NCBI GenBank assembly: GCA_903825255.1
Contig: CAIJZZ010000070.1
Span: forward strand, 8,767 to 72,766
Direction of reading: 5' to 3'
Length of the DNA: 64,000 nucleotides
Origin: an uncultured bacterium
GTDB taxonomy: Bacteria; Patescibacteriota; Minisyncoccia; Phycocordibacterales; UBA9973
Part shown: positions 32,080 to 40,933 of the stretch, piece after piece
Layout: every line of letters starts with the position of its first letter
Position numbering within the stretch: the first letter of the stretch is position 1
Made by a program: the position numbers and the translations under genes
The notes under the pieces: generated by a model
What the model was told of the DNA's origin: nothing
Databases searched by the model: none
Seen by the model: the letters and a program-made list of their open reading frames with translations, nothing else

Positions 32080-35000
32080 ATGGAGGATCAAAATAAAAAA
32101 TCAGAAAGTGCCTTGCGCGAAGAAGCGGTTTTAAAATTCTGGAAAGAACAGAAAGTTTTTGAGAGTTCTTTAGCAAAAGAGTCGCCAAAGGGTGAGTATG
32201 TTTTTTATGAAGGTCCTCCGACCGCGAACGGTAAGCCTGGTATTCACCACTTGGAAGCTAGAGCTTTTAAAGATGCCATCCCACGTTACAAAACAATGTG
32301 CGGATATCATGTACGTCGAAAAGGAGGTTGGGACACACATGGTTTGCCAGTAGAGCTACAGGTAGAAAAAGAATTAGGGTTAAAATCTAAAAAAGAAATT
32401 GAAGAATACGGTATCGCAAAATTTAATCAAAAGTGTAAAGAGAGTGTTTGGACTTATGTAGACCTTTGGGAGAAATTTACAGAGAGAATAGGGTATTGGG
32501 TAGATCAAGAAAATCCATATGTAACATATCATAATGATTATATTGAATCTGTTTGGAATGTAATTAAAGAAACGAATAAACAAAATTTACTTTATAAAGA
32601 TTATAAGGTGGTACCTTGGTGTCCACGTTGTGGTACGACACTTTCTTCTCACGAGCTTGCGCAAGGGTATGAAGTGGTGAAAGATTTGTCAGTTACTGCG
32701 AAGTTTAAAATTAAAGCCTCGTCCAGTACTTCTGCTCGGGTCCTCGGTCTGGGGCCAGACCACTCGCAGAAGCACATGGACTCGGCTAATGCCTATATAC
32801 TTGCTTGGACAACGACACCTTGGACTTTGCCTGGTAATGTTGCACTTGCTGTCGGGGAAGATATTATTTATGTAAAAATAAAAAAAGATGATGAAATTTT
32901 AATTCTTGCAAAAGCAAGGCTTTCGCAAATAGAAGGTGAATATGAAATTCAAGAGGAATTAAAAGGTAAAGATTTGATCGGCTTAGAATATGAACCATTG
33001 TATCCATTTTTGAAAGATAATATTTCTGAAAAAGAAAAACCAAAATTAGAAAAAGCTTTTCAGGTGCATAAGGCTGGTTTTGTGACGACGGAAGATGGTA
33101 CTGGGGTAGTGCATACAGCTGTGATGTATGGACAGGATGACTTTATTTTAGGTAATGAAGTTGGCTTACCGAAACATCATCTTGTGGGTCTCGATGGAAA
33201 GTTTTTAAAAGATACTGGCTTTTTAGAAGGCAGGTTTGTACGGGATGAAGAGGTAGCAGTAGATATTATTAAAGATTTAGCAAGTCGCGGGCTTTTATTT
33301 AAGAAAGAAAAATATGAGCACTCATATCCACATTGTTGGCGTTGTCACACAGCGCTCATTTATTATGCGCGAGATTCTTGGTATATAAAAATGACTGCAC
33401 TGCGAGATAAAATGGTGGCAGAAAATGAAGGCATAAATTGGGAGCCAGAATATATCAAAGAAGGGCGTTTTGGCGAGTGGCTTCGAGAAATAAAGGACTG
33501 GGCGATTTCTCGAGAGCGATATTGGGGTACACCCTTACCTGTGTGGACTTGTGAAAAGTGTCACCAGAATGAAGTAGTTGGTAGTATTGCCGATCTAAAA
33601 GCAAAAATAAAAAAGTCTGGGAATAATTATTTTGCTATGCGCCACGGTGAGGCAGATAATAATTTAAGTGATTTATATTATAAAGATCCTCATCATACAG
33701 CTAAATTAACAGAAAAAGGAAAAGCTCAAGTTTTAGAGAGTGCTAAAAATTTTAAAGAAAAAATTGATATAGTTATCGCGTCTCCTTTTGAAAGAACTAA
33801 AGAAACTTCTAAGATTATTTGTGAACAAATAAATTTTCCTATAGAAAAAATAATTTACGATGAAAGAATTCAAGAATGGGAAATTAGTTCAAATTTTGAG
33901 GGGAAAGGAAGGGCAACTTTTAAACAGTATTATGAAAAAGATTATTTAGATAATCCGACCGAAGTATTACCAGACGGAGAAAGTTTTACCGAGCTTATAA
34001 AAAGAGTTGGTAGTTTTATTTATGATTTAGAAAATAAATATTCAGGTAAAAATATTTTAATTGTTGGGCATGCAGGAGTCGGTGATGCATTAGGCTTTGT
34101 AATAAATGGGCTAACCCCTGATTCTTTTTCGAGTAAAAATGACCCATTTAATCCACTTCAAAATGCTGAAATTAAAAATTTTGATTTCATTCCACTTCCA
34201 CATAATGAAAATTATGAACTTGATTTACACAAACCATATATTGATGAAGTGGAGTTAGTTTGTGACTGCGGAGGGAAATTAGTCAGAGCGAAAGAAGTCA
34301 TGGATGTGTGGCTCGATTCTGGTACGATGCCTTTTTCGCAAGATCATTATCCCTTCAATGGGGAGATTCAATATCCTGCTGATTTTATTTCTGAAGCGAT
34401 AGATCAGACACGTGGTTGGTTTTATACTTTACACGCCGTTGGAGCTTTGATGGGACGGGGAAAAGCTTATAAAAATGTAATTTGCTTAGGACTTCTACTT
34501 GATGCGAAGGGTAAGAAGATGTCTAAATCTGTTGGAAATATCGTGGACCCTTGGGAGATGATTGAGAAGTACGGAGTAGATACTTTGCGCTTTTGGATGT
34601 ATTCAGTGAATCAACCAGGGGAATCAAAACTTTTTGATGAAAAAACTGTTTTAGAATTACATCGTCAGATTTTTGGTTTGCTCTATAATGTGCTCGCATT
34701 TTATGAATTATACCGTGATCCACAATTAGAAGTTCTAGAATATAAAAAACCAGAAAATATTTTAGACCAATGGATAGTCGCTAAATTAGACGAACTTATT
34801 AAACTCTGCACTCTAAAAATAGAAGATTATAAATTATTGGAGCCAGCTCGAGCTATTAAAGATTTTATTGGGGATCTTTCGACTTGGTATTTACGTAGAT
34901 CTCGAGAGAGAATAAAAGAAGGAGATATTGAAGCCAAACAAACTTTATATTTTATTCTAAAAACTTTAGCGAAAATTATGGCACCGTTTGCGCCTTTTTC

Positions 35001-35583
35001 GGCGGAAGATATTTGGCAGAAATTGAAGAATGAAAATGACATAGAAAGTGTGCATTTAGAAAGTTGGCCTACCTTCGCTCTCGCTACGGCGGGCGAGGCC
35101 CAAAATATTTTAGAGAATATGGATCAAGTTAGAAAGATTGTTTCTCTGGGACTAGAAGCTCGACAGAAAGCGGGGATAAAAGTACGTCAACCGCTACAGA
35201 AATTAGAAGTTGCAAACCTATCATTAAGAGCAGAATTTTTAGAAATTATTAAAGATGAATTGAATATAAAAGAAGTGACAGTAAATAAGAAATTAGAAGC
35301 AGAAGTATTTTTAGATACAGAAATTTCTGAAGAATTGAAGATAGAGGGGCAATATCGCGAGTTCGTGCGAGCTATTCAAGATATGCGTAAAAAAGCTGGG
35401 CTAACACCCTCTGATGTTATTATACTTTCTGTTGAAACTGGCGAGGAAGGTAGAAAAATAATTGAAAAATTTGAAACTGAAATTAAAAAAACAGTCCTTG
35501 CCTCAAAAATAGAATTTTCTCCTAATGATGGGGATACTGTAAAAGTTGATGAATTGATTTTCAAAATACTCATTCAAAAATAA
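32080..35583 (+). CDS. ileS: isoleucyl-tRNA synthetase (type 2) carrying an internal histidine-phosphatase domain and two short GC-rich inserts
   Basis: PPTANGKPGIHHLE (HIGH), WTTTPWTLPGN, WISRERYWGTPLP and KMSKSVGN are present. The protein is 1167 aa because of insertions. Confidence 0.95.
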   Translation: MEDQNKKSESALREEAVLKFWKEQKVFESSLAKESPKGEYVFYEGPPTANGKPGIHHLEARAFKDAIPRYKTMCGYHVRRKGGWDTHGLPVELQVEKELGLKSKKEIEEYGIAKFNQKCKESVWTYVDLWEKFTERIGYWVDQENPYVTYHNDYIESVWNVIKETNKQNLLYKDYKVVPWCPRCGTTLSSHELAQGYEVVKDLSVTAKFKIKASSSTSARVLGLGPDHSQKHMDSANAYILAWTTTPWTLPGNVALAVGEDIIYVKIKKDDEILILAKARLSQIEGEYEIQEELKGKDLIGLEYEPLYPFLKDNISEKEKPKLEKAFQVHKAGFVTTEDGTGVVHTAVMYGQDDFILGNEVGLPKHHLVGLDGKFLKDTGFLEGRFVRDEEVAVDIIKDLASRGLLFKKEKYEHSYPHCWRCHTALIYYARDSWYIKMTALRDKMVAENEGINWEPEYIKEGRFGEWLREIKDWAISRERYWGTPLPVWTCEKCHQNEVVGSIADLKAKIKKSGNNYFAMRHGEADNNLSDLYYKDPHHTAKLTEKGKAQVLESAKNFKEKIDIVIASPFERTKETSKIICEQINFPIEKIIYDERIQEWEISSNFEGKGRATFKQYYEKDYLDNPTEVLPDGESFTELIKRVGSFIYDLENKYSGKNILIVGHAGVGDALGFVINGLTPDSFSSKNDPFNPLQNAEIKNFDFIPLPHNENYELDLHKPYIDEVELVCDCGGKLVRAKEVMDVWLDSGTMPFSQDHYPFNGEIQYPADFISEAIDQTRGWFYTLHAVGALMGRGKAYKNVICLGLLLDAKGKKMSKSVGNIVDPWEMIEKYGVDTLRFWMYSVNQPGESKLFDEKTVLELHRQIFGLLYNVLAFYELYRDPQLEVLEYKKPENILDQWIVAKLDELIKLCTLKIEDYKLLEPARAIKDFIGDLSTWYLRRSRERIKEGDIEAKQTLYFILKTLAKIMAPFAPFSAEDIWQKLKNENDIESVHLESWPTFALATAGEAQNILENMDQVRKIVSLGLEARQKAGIKVRQPLQKLEVANLSLRAEFLEIIKDELNIKEVTVNKKLEAEVFLDTEISEELKIEGQYREFVRAIQDMRKKAGLTPSDVIILSVETGEEGRKIIEKFETEIKKTVLASKIEFSPNDGDTVKVDELIFKILIQK
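32728..32773 (+). repeat. family A GC-capped hairpin element, copy A3 (in frame inside ileS)
   Basis: ACTTCTGCTCGGGTCCTCGGTCTGGGGCCAGACCACTCGCAGAAGC. The arms are CTTCTGC/GCAGAAG and the inner stem is GGTCTGG/CCAGACC. It encodes ...TSARVLGLGPDHSQKH... Confidence 0.75.
35066..35101 (+). repeat. family B GC-rich element, copy B1 (in frame inside ileS)
   Basis: GGCCTACCTTCGCTCTCGCTACGGCGGGCGAGGCCC shares CCTTCGC..GCTACGG..CGGGCG with 58417-58451. It encodes PTFALATAGEAQ. Confidence 0.6.
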
Positions 35584-35593
35584 TTAAAAAAAA

Positions 35594-35611
35594 TGTTAAA
35601 ATAAAGATATG
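35594..35611 (+). promoter_or_regulatory. extended -10 promoter placed for a leaderless transcript
   Basis: TGtTAAAAT (35594-35602), then 6 nt, then ATG at 35609. Confidence 0.5.
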
Positions 35612-36193
35612 AAAAAAGTATTTATTGTGCATGGTTTTGGTGGTATACCGAATGCGGGCTGGATTCCATGGTTGATGGAAGAATTAGCTAAAAAGGGAGT
35701 ATATACTTGTGCTTTACCGATGCCTCAATCTAAAAAGCCAGTGGTTTCAAAGTGGGTAGAAGAAATCGCTCACGCAATAAATAATGCACCAGAAGACGAA
35801 ATATATTTAGTCGGACATAGTCTGGGTGTGGCGGCTATTTTCAGATATTTTGAAAATATCCATGAGGGTAAAAAGATTTCAGGAGCGGTTTTGATGTCTG
35901 GTTTTACGAGTCCACTAGATCCAGAAAATCCAAGTAGTGTTTACAGAGAAATAGATTCTTTTACTGTACCAGGAATCGATCTTGAAAAAATAAGAAACAA
36001 AGCCTTGAAATTTGTTGTTTTTCATAGTACTAATGATCCGGTTGTACCTTTTTCCCATGCTTTGAAAATTTCTAATGCACTAGATTGTAAACTTGTGCAA
36101 GTTGAAAAAGGCGGACATTTCTTTATTTTAGCAGAGCCGATTTGTTATGAAATTCCCGAGTTGCTTGAAATTTTAAATGAAGTTTTAAAATAA
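35609..36193 (+). CDS. alpha/beta hydrolase (YdeN/RBBP9-like serine hydrolase)
   Basis: FIVHGFGG and the nucleophile elbow LVGHSLG. Its 194-aa size fits this small hydrolase family. Confidence 0.72.
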   Translation: MKKVFIVHGFGGIPNAGWIPWLMEELAKKGVYTCALPMPQSKKPVVSKWVEEIAHAINNAPEDEIYLVGHSLGVAAIFRYFENIHEGKKISGAVLMSGFTSPLDPENPSSVYREIDSFTVPGIDLEKIRNKALKFVVFHSTNDPVVPFSHALKISNALDCKLVQVEKGGHFFILAEPICYEIPELLEILNEVLK

Positions 36194-36197
36194 AGAT

Positions 36198-36845
36198 ATG
36201 AAAATTAAAAAATTAGGGCGTTGTTGTTTAATAATAGAAGAAAATGGTAAAAGGATTATGACGGATCCAGGGAAATATACGATTTCATTTCAAAATGAAG
36301 AAAAAAATATTGATTATATTTTTATAACACACGAACATACTGATCATGTTCATGTTGATTCTTTAAAAATTGTTTTAAAAAATAATCCTTATGCTGTAAT
36401 TATTACCAATGTTTCTGTTGGTAAAATTTTAGAAAAAGAAAAAATAAGATTCTCTTTAATAAAAGATAGTCAAGAAATGGTTTTGGGTGAAAATATATTA
36501 ATTGAAGGTGTCGGAAAATTACATAAACAAGTTTATCAGAGTATTCCTGCAGTAGAAAATGTTGGTTTTATTTTAAATAAAAGATTTTTTTATCCAGGAG
36601 ATGCGTTGTCTAAAATTGAAAAAAAAGTAAATATTGTTGCTTTTCCAGTTTCTGCAAGCTGGTTAAAATTAAGCGAATCAGTTGATTGGCTAAAAGAATT
36701 GGCTCCTCAAATTGCATTTCCTGTTCATGATGGAATTTTAAATGATTATGGTAAAAAAGCCTTTTTTGGCAATTGTCAAAAACTTTTACCAGACATTAAT
36801 ATTGAATTTAAAGTCTTAGAAGAAAATATTGAGGTAGAATTTTAA
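36198..36845 (+). CDS. MBL-fold metallo-hydrolase
   Basis: The THEHTDHVH (HxHxDH) motif. Confidence 0.72.
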   Translation: MKIKKLGRCCLIIEENGKRIMTDPGKYTISFQNEEKNIDYIFITHEHTDHVHVDSLKIVLKNNPYAVIITNVSVGKILEKEKIRFSLIKDSQEMVLGENILIEGVGKLHKQVYQSIPAVENVGFILNKRFFYPGDALSKIEKKVNIVAFPVSASWLKLSESVDWLKELAPQIAFPVHDGILNDYGKKAFFGNCQKLLPDINIEFKVLEENIEVEF

Positions 36846-37426
36846 TGCACCATATTTACCATACAGAAGGTTTAATATTAGGAAGCAAAGACTCTGGGGA
36901 GACAGGAAAGTATTATGCTATTTTTACTCGGGACTTGGGGATGATCAATGCCTCTGCTCAAGGTGTGCGAAAAATGTCTTCAAAGCTTCGCTACGTGCTA
37001 CAAGATTTTTCTTACATTAAACTTGACCTAGTACGAGGCAAAGATTTTTGGCGACTCACGAATGCCTCTAAAACAAATCAATTAGAAAATATTTTAAAAA
37101 GGTCAGAAGCTTTAACTGTTTTTGGAAATATTACTCGTCTTTTAAGACGCTTATTAGCTGGTGAATATCCCAATGAAGATTTATTTAAAGATGTTTTAAA
37201 TGGTTTATCTATTTTAGAAAAAGCAGACTCTAAGGAAGAATTTCAAAATATTGAAGTGATAATGGTTTTAAGGATACTTTCAAATTTAGGTTATATAAGT
37301 GGAGACGAATTATATGAAAATCTAACCAAGTCTCCATTTGAAGGAAACTTAATATTTGAAATAAGTAAAAATAGATCAAAAATATTATCTGAAATAAATA
37401 AGGCTTTAAAAGAAACACATTTATAA
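36845..37426 (+). CDS. recO: DNA repair protein RecO
   Basis: OB-fold N-terminus TEGLILGSKDSGETGKYYAIFTRDLGMINASAQGVRK. The ATG overlaps the upstream stop (TAATG). Confidence 0.78.
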   Translation: MHHIYHTEGLILGSKDSGETGKYYAIFTRDLGMINASAQGVRKMSSKLRYVLQDFSYIKLDLVRGKDFWRLTNASKTNQLENILKRSEALTVFGNITRLLRRLLAGEYPNEDLFKDVLNGLSILEKADSKEEFQNIEVIMVLRILSNLGYISGDELYENLTKSPFEGNLIFEISKNRSKILSEINKALKETHL

Positions 37427-37430
37427 TTTG

Positions 37431-37448
37431 TGTTATAATTAAAGAATG
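37431..37448 (+). promoter_or_regulatory. extended -10 promoter placed for a leaderless transcript
   Basis: TGtTATAAT (37431-37439), then 6 nt, then ATG at 37446. Confidence 0.6.
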
Positions 37449-39377
37449 TTGCCTGATGACAGAGAAAAATTAAATAAAGTAGAGGAATTAAAAACAAGAC
37501 TTTATAGTAAAAATTTTAAACCTAAAATAGAAAGTCGTGATGTTTTCATTCACCAAACTCAAAAAGAAATTCCAGTATCCTGGACAGAAGAGGGGAATTC
37601 TGGTTCTAAATTAATACAAAAAATATTTATGCGCACATCTATTTTTAAAAAATTTTTTATTGGTTCAATGATTTTTTTTGTTTTAGCTTTAGGGTTTGCT
37701 TTATATCAATTTTTAGCTGGAGGGAATACAGTTTCTAATGATAATATTGATATTTCAGTTTTGGGAAATGCCTTTACTGCTGGTGGAGAAGAATTACCCC
37801 TACAGGTTGAAATAACTAATCGAAATAATTCTGCTTTAGAATTAGCAGACTTAGTGGTGGAATATTCAAAAAGTTCTTCTCAGGACGTAGCTTCAAATAC
37901 TCTTCGTATTCGTGATTCTCTTGGAACTATTCCTGCCGGAGGAGTAAAAACTGATAGCGTAAAAATGGTTATTTATGGAGAACAAGGTAGTATTGTTCCT
38001 ATTAAAATTTCTTTAGAATATAGAGTTGAAAATTCTAATGCTATTTTTGTAAAAGAAAAACCATATTCAGTGACTATAAATTCTGTGCCAATTAATCTTT
38101 CAGTCGATGCACCTGCTGAGATAAGTTCCAATCAAGAATTAACTTTAAATGTGAAAGCAATTCTCAACGCCGCACAACCAGCTACAAAGATGTTAATGCG
38201 AATTGATTATCCAATAGGTTTTCAATTTGAATCTGCTACACCAGCCCCAGCAATTGGTAATAATGTTTGGAATTTAGGAGATTTAGCTCCAGGGGTAGAA
38301 CACAATATTTCTATTGTTGGTAAAATGGTTGATGTTTTTGATGGTGAACAAAAAATATTTCATATCTGGAGTGGCTCACAATCAGATGCTGATAATTCTC
38401 AAATTGGTTTAGTTTATAATTCTCTAGGTTATACTGTTTTAATTAAGAAATCTTCTATAGAAGCAAAATTATACATAAACGGTGTTTATCAAAATGAATA
38501 TACTTCTGATTCTAGAACAGGTATTTCAGGACAAATTCAGTGGGTTAATAATTTAGATACAGAAATAAATAATTTACAAATTGTAGCAAAAATTACTGGC
38601 AATGCACTTGATCGTAAGACCATAAATGCCAATCAAGGTTTTTATAATTCTTCTATTAATTCAATTATTTGGGATAAAAGTTCTCAATCAAATTTTGCTA
38701 CAGTCAGTCCTAATGAATCTGGTGCTCTTGGCTTTTCATTTTCACCACTTTCTATTTTTTCTAGTGCAAATGGAATGATTTCTAATCCCTCTATTAATAT
38801 TGATGTTTCCATTACTGGTGAACAGCCAGGAGAAGGTAACGTAATTATGGAATTAAATAATACTGAATCAAAAGTAATAAAAATTATTTCTGATGTCGGA
38901 TTAGCAACAAAAGCGTTGTATTATTCAGGACCATTTTCTAATACAGGTCCAATTCCTCCTAAAGCAGAAAAAGAAACTACTTATACTATTACTTGGTCTA
39001 TTTCAAATACAGCTAATAATATTTCAAATGCACAAGTTAAAGCTACATTACCACCTTGGTCTAGATTTACAGGCTTAATTTCTCCCGATACAGAAAATTT
39101 AACTTACAATGATTCAACTAAAGAAATAATTTGGAAAATTGGTTCGATTTCACGTGGTACTGGTATAACAAATACAGGGAGAGAAGTTTCTTTTCAAATA
39201 GGCTTTAATCCTTCACTTTCTCAATTTGGTACTCAACCTATTATAATAAACGATGCTGTTTTGACTGGACATGATGATTTTGCTAATGTGGATGTGAGTG
39301 TCAATAAGACCTCTTTAGATACTGGGCTTTCTAGTGATTCAGGTTCTCTGTCAAATGGGGGTAGGGTAGTAGAATAA
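37446..39377 (+). CDS. large single-pass membrane protein with beta-rich extracytoplasmic region
   Basis: 643 aa. A cytoplasmic ~65 aa is followed by a TM (FFIGSMIFFVLALGFALYQFLAG) and a long Ser/Asn/Thr/Ile-rich beta-type sequence. Confidence 0.6.
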   Translation: MLPDDREKLNKVEELKTRLYSKNFKPKIESRDVFIHQTQKEIPVSWTEEGNSGSKLIQKIFMRTSIFKKFFIGSMIFFVLALGFALYQFLAGGNTVSNDNIDISVLGNAFTAGGEELPLQVEITNRNNSALELADLVVEYSKSSSQDVASNTLRIRDSLGTIPAGGVKTDSVKMVIYGEQGSIVPIKISLEYRVENSNAIFVKEKPYSVTINSVPINLSVDAPAEISSNQELTLNVKAILNAAQPATKMLMRIDYPIGFQFESATPAPAIGNNVWNLGDLAPGVEHNISIVGKMVDVFDGEQKIFHIWSGSQSDADNSQIGLVYNSLGYTVLIKKSSIEAKLYINGVYQNEYTSDSRTGISGQIQWVNNLDTEINNLQIVAKITGNALDRKTINANQGFYNSSINSIIWDKSSQSNFATVSPNESGALGFSFSPLSIFSSANGMISNPSINIDVSITGEQPGEGNVIMELNNTESKVIKIISDVGLATKALYYSGPFSNTGPIPPKAEKETTYTITWSISNTANNISNAQVKATLPPWSRFTGLISPDTENLTYNDSTKEIIWKIGSISRGTGITNTGREVSFQIGFNPSLSQFGTQPIIINDAVLTGHDDFANVDVSVNKTSLDTGLSSDSGSLSNGGRVVE

Positions 39378-39409
39378 AAATGAATTACAAATTATGAATT
39401 TAAAATAAA

Positions 39410-40762
39410 ATGAAAAAAGAAGAAAATACAACTGAAAATGATTTAATGGAAAAAATAGTTTCGCTTTGTAAGCGACGTGGTTTTATTTTTCCTGGATCAG
39501 AAATATATGGTGGACTCGCGGGTACATACGACTGGGGACATTTTGGAGTAGCCCTAAAAAATAATATTAAGCAATATTGGTGGAAAAAATTTGTTGACTC
39601 TAGGCGAGACATGTATGGCTTAGATGCTGCGATTTTAATGCGTCAAGAAGTTTGGCAAAAAGCTGGACATGTTGAGAACTTTGCGGATCCGATGGTGGAA
39701 TGTGAAAAATGTCATAAGAGATTTAGAGCTGATCAAATTGAGAATAAAGAAAAATGCGCTGAGTGTGGGGGAAAGTTAGGAAAACCTATGCATTTTAATA
39801 TGATGTTTAAAACCCAAGTCGGAGTCATTGAAGATTCTTCAGCGACTTCATACTTGCGTCCTGAAACTGCTCAAGGTATGTTTATTAATTTTAAAAATAC
39901 AGTAGATGCTTTTCATCCGAAATTGCCTTTCGGTATGGCACAGATTGGTAAAGCTTTTCGGAATGAAATAACTCCACGCGATTTTATTTTTCGTCAGCGA
40001 GAATTTGAACAGATGGAGATAGAATATTTTGTGCGAGAAACAGATTGGGAAAAATATTTCGAATACTGGCGTGGGGAGATGCTCGATTGGATGGAAGAAG
40101 TTGGTATTGATATGAATAAAGTGCATGAGATAGAAGTTGACAAGGAAGACCGAGCGCATTATTCTTCACGTACGGTAGACTTTGAATTTGATTACCCTTT
40201 TGGACAGAAAGAACTTTTCGGTTTGGCTTATCGGACCAATTTTGATTTAAAAAATCATGGACTTGAATATGTGGATGAAGAAGCTAATCGCGCTTCAAAG
40301 GACATTGCGCGACATGATCCTGTAGGATCAAAAATGATTCCCCACGTTGTGGAGCCGACTTTTGGTGTTGACCGTGCAGTGCTTTCAATTTTACTTTCAG
40401 CCTATACTGAGGAAGATAAAGGAGAGGAGGTGAGACCATATCTAAAATTTAAACCGAATATTGCACCAGTAATTTGTGCGGTGTCGCCACTTTTGAAAAA
40501 TAAACCTGAGCTTGTGGAATATGCGAATACAAAAGTTTTTGCTCCGCTTAAAGCAGAATTCGGCCGGGTGCTTTGGGATGACAATGGCAACATCGGTAAA
40601 CGCTATCGTCGCCAAGATGAAATAGGCACTCCATTTTGTATTGTGGTGGATTTCGATACCCTCGCTGATAACACTGTGACTGTACGGGATAGGGACACTG
40701 CCTTACAAGTACGTGTAAAAGTTTCAGAACTAGCAAATTATATTAAAGAAAAAATTAGTTAG
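39410..40762 (+). CDS. glyQS: glycyl-tRNA synthetase (dimeric class II type)
   Basis: CKRRGFIFPGSEIYGGLAGTYDWGHFG, YLRPETAQG and FRNEITPRDFIFRQREFEQMEIEYF are present. Confidence 0.93.
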   Translation: MKKEENTTENDLMEKIVSLCKRRGFIFPGSEIYGGLAGTYDWGHFGVALKNNIKQYWWKKFVDSRRDMYGLDAAILMRQEVWQKAGHVENFADPMVECEKCHKRFRADQIENKEKCAECGGKLGKPMHFNMMFKTQVGVIEDSSATSYLRPETAQGMFINFKNTVDAFHPKLPFGMAQIGKAFRNEITPRDFIFRQREFEQMEIEYFVRETDWEKYFEYWRGEMLDWMEEVGIDMNKVHEIEVDKEDRAHYSSRTVDFEFDYPFGQKELFGLAYRTNFDLKNHGLEYVDEEANRASKDIARHDPVGSKMIPHVVEPTFGVDRAVLSILLSAYTEEDKGEEVRPYLKFKPNIAPVICAVSPLLKNKPELVEYANTKVFAPLKAEFGRVLWDDNGNIGKRYRRQDEIGTPFCIVVDFDTLADNTVTVRDRDTALQVRVKVSELANYIKEKIS

Positions 40763-40869
40763 TTTGTAATGATAGAGAAAATACAAAATAAGAAAAATGA
40801 AATTGAAGAAGAAATAGAATTAGAGAAAAAATTCTATAAAATTAAATAATGATTTATATTAAACTGCAT

Positions 40870-40889
40870 ATCTACGCCATGGCGTAGAT
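40870..40889. terminator. perfect 20-nt palindrome, terminator-like
   Basis: ATCTACGCCATGGCGTAGAT lies downstream of glyQS, but the following T-run is weak. Confidence 0.4.
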
Positions 40890-40933
40890 AGATTTTAATA
40901 ATATGTTTAAAAAAATATGTTAAAATAGAATTT

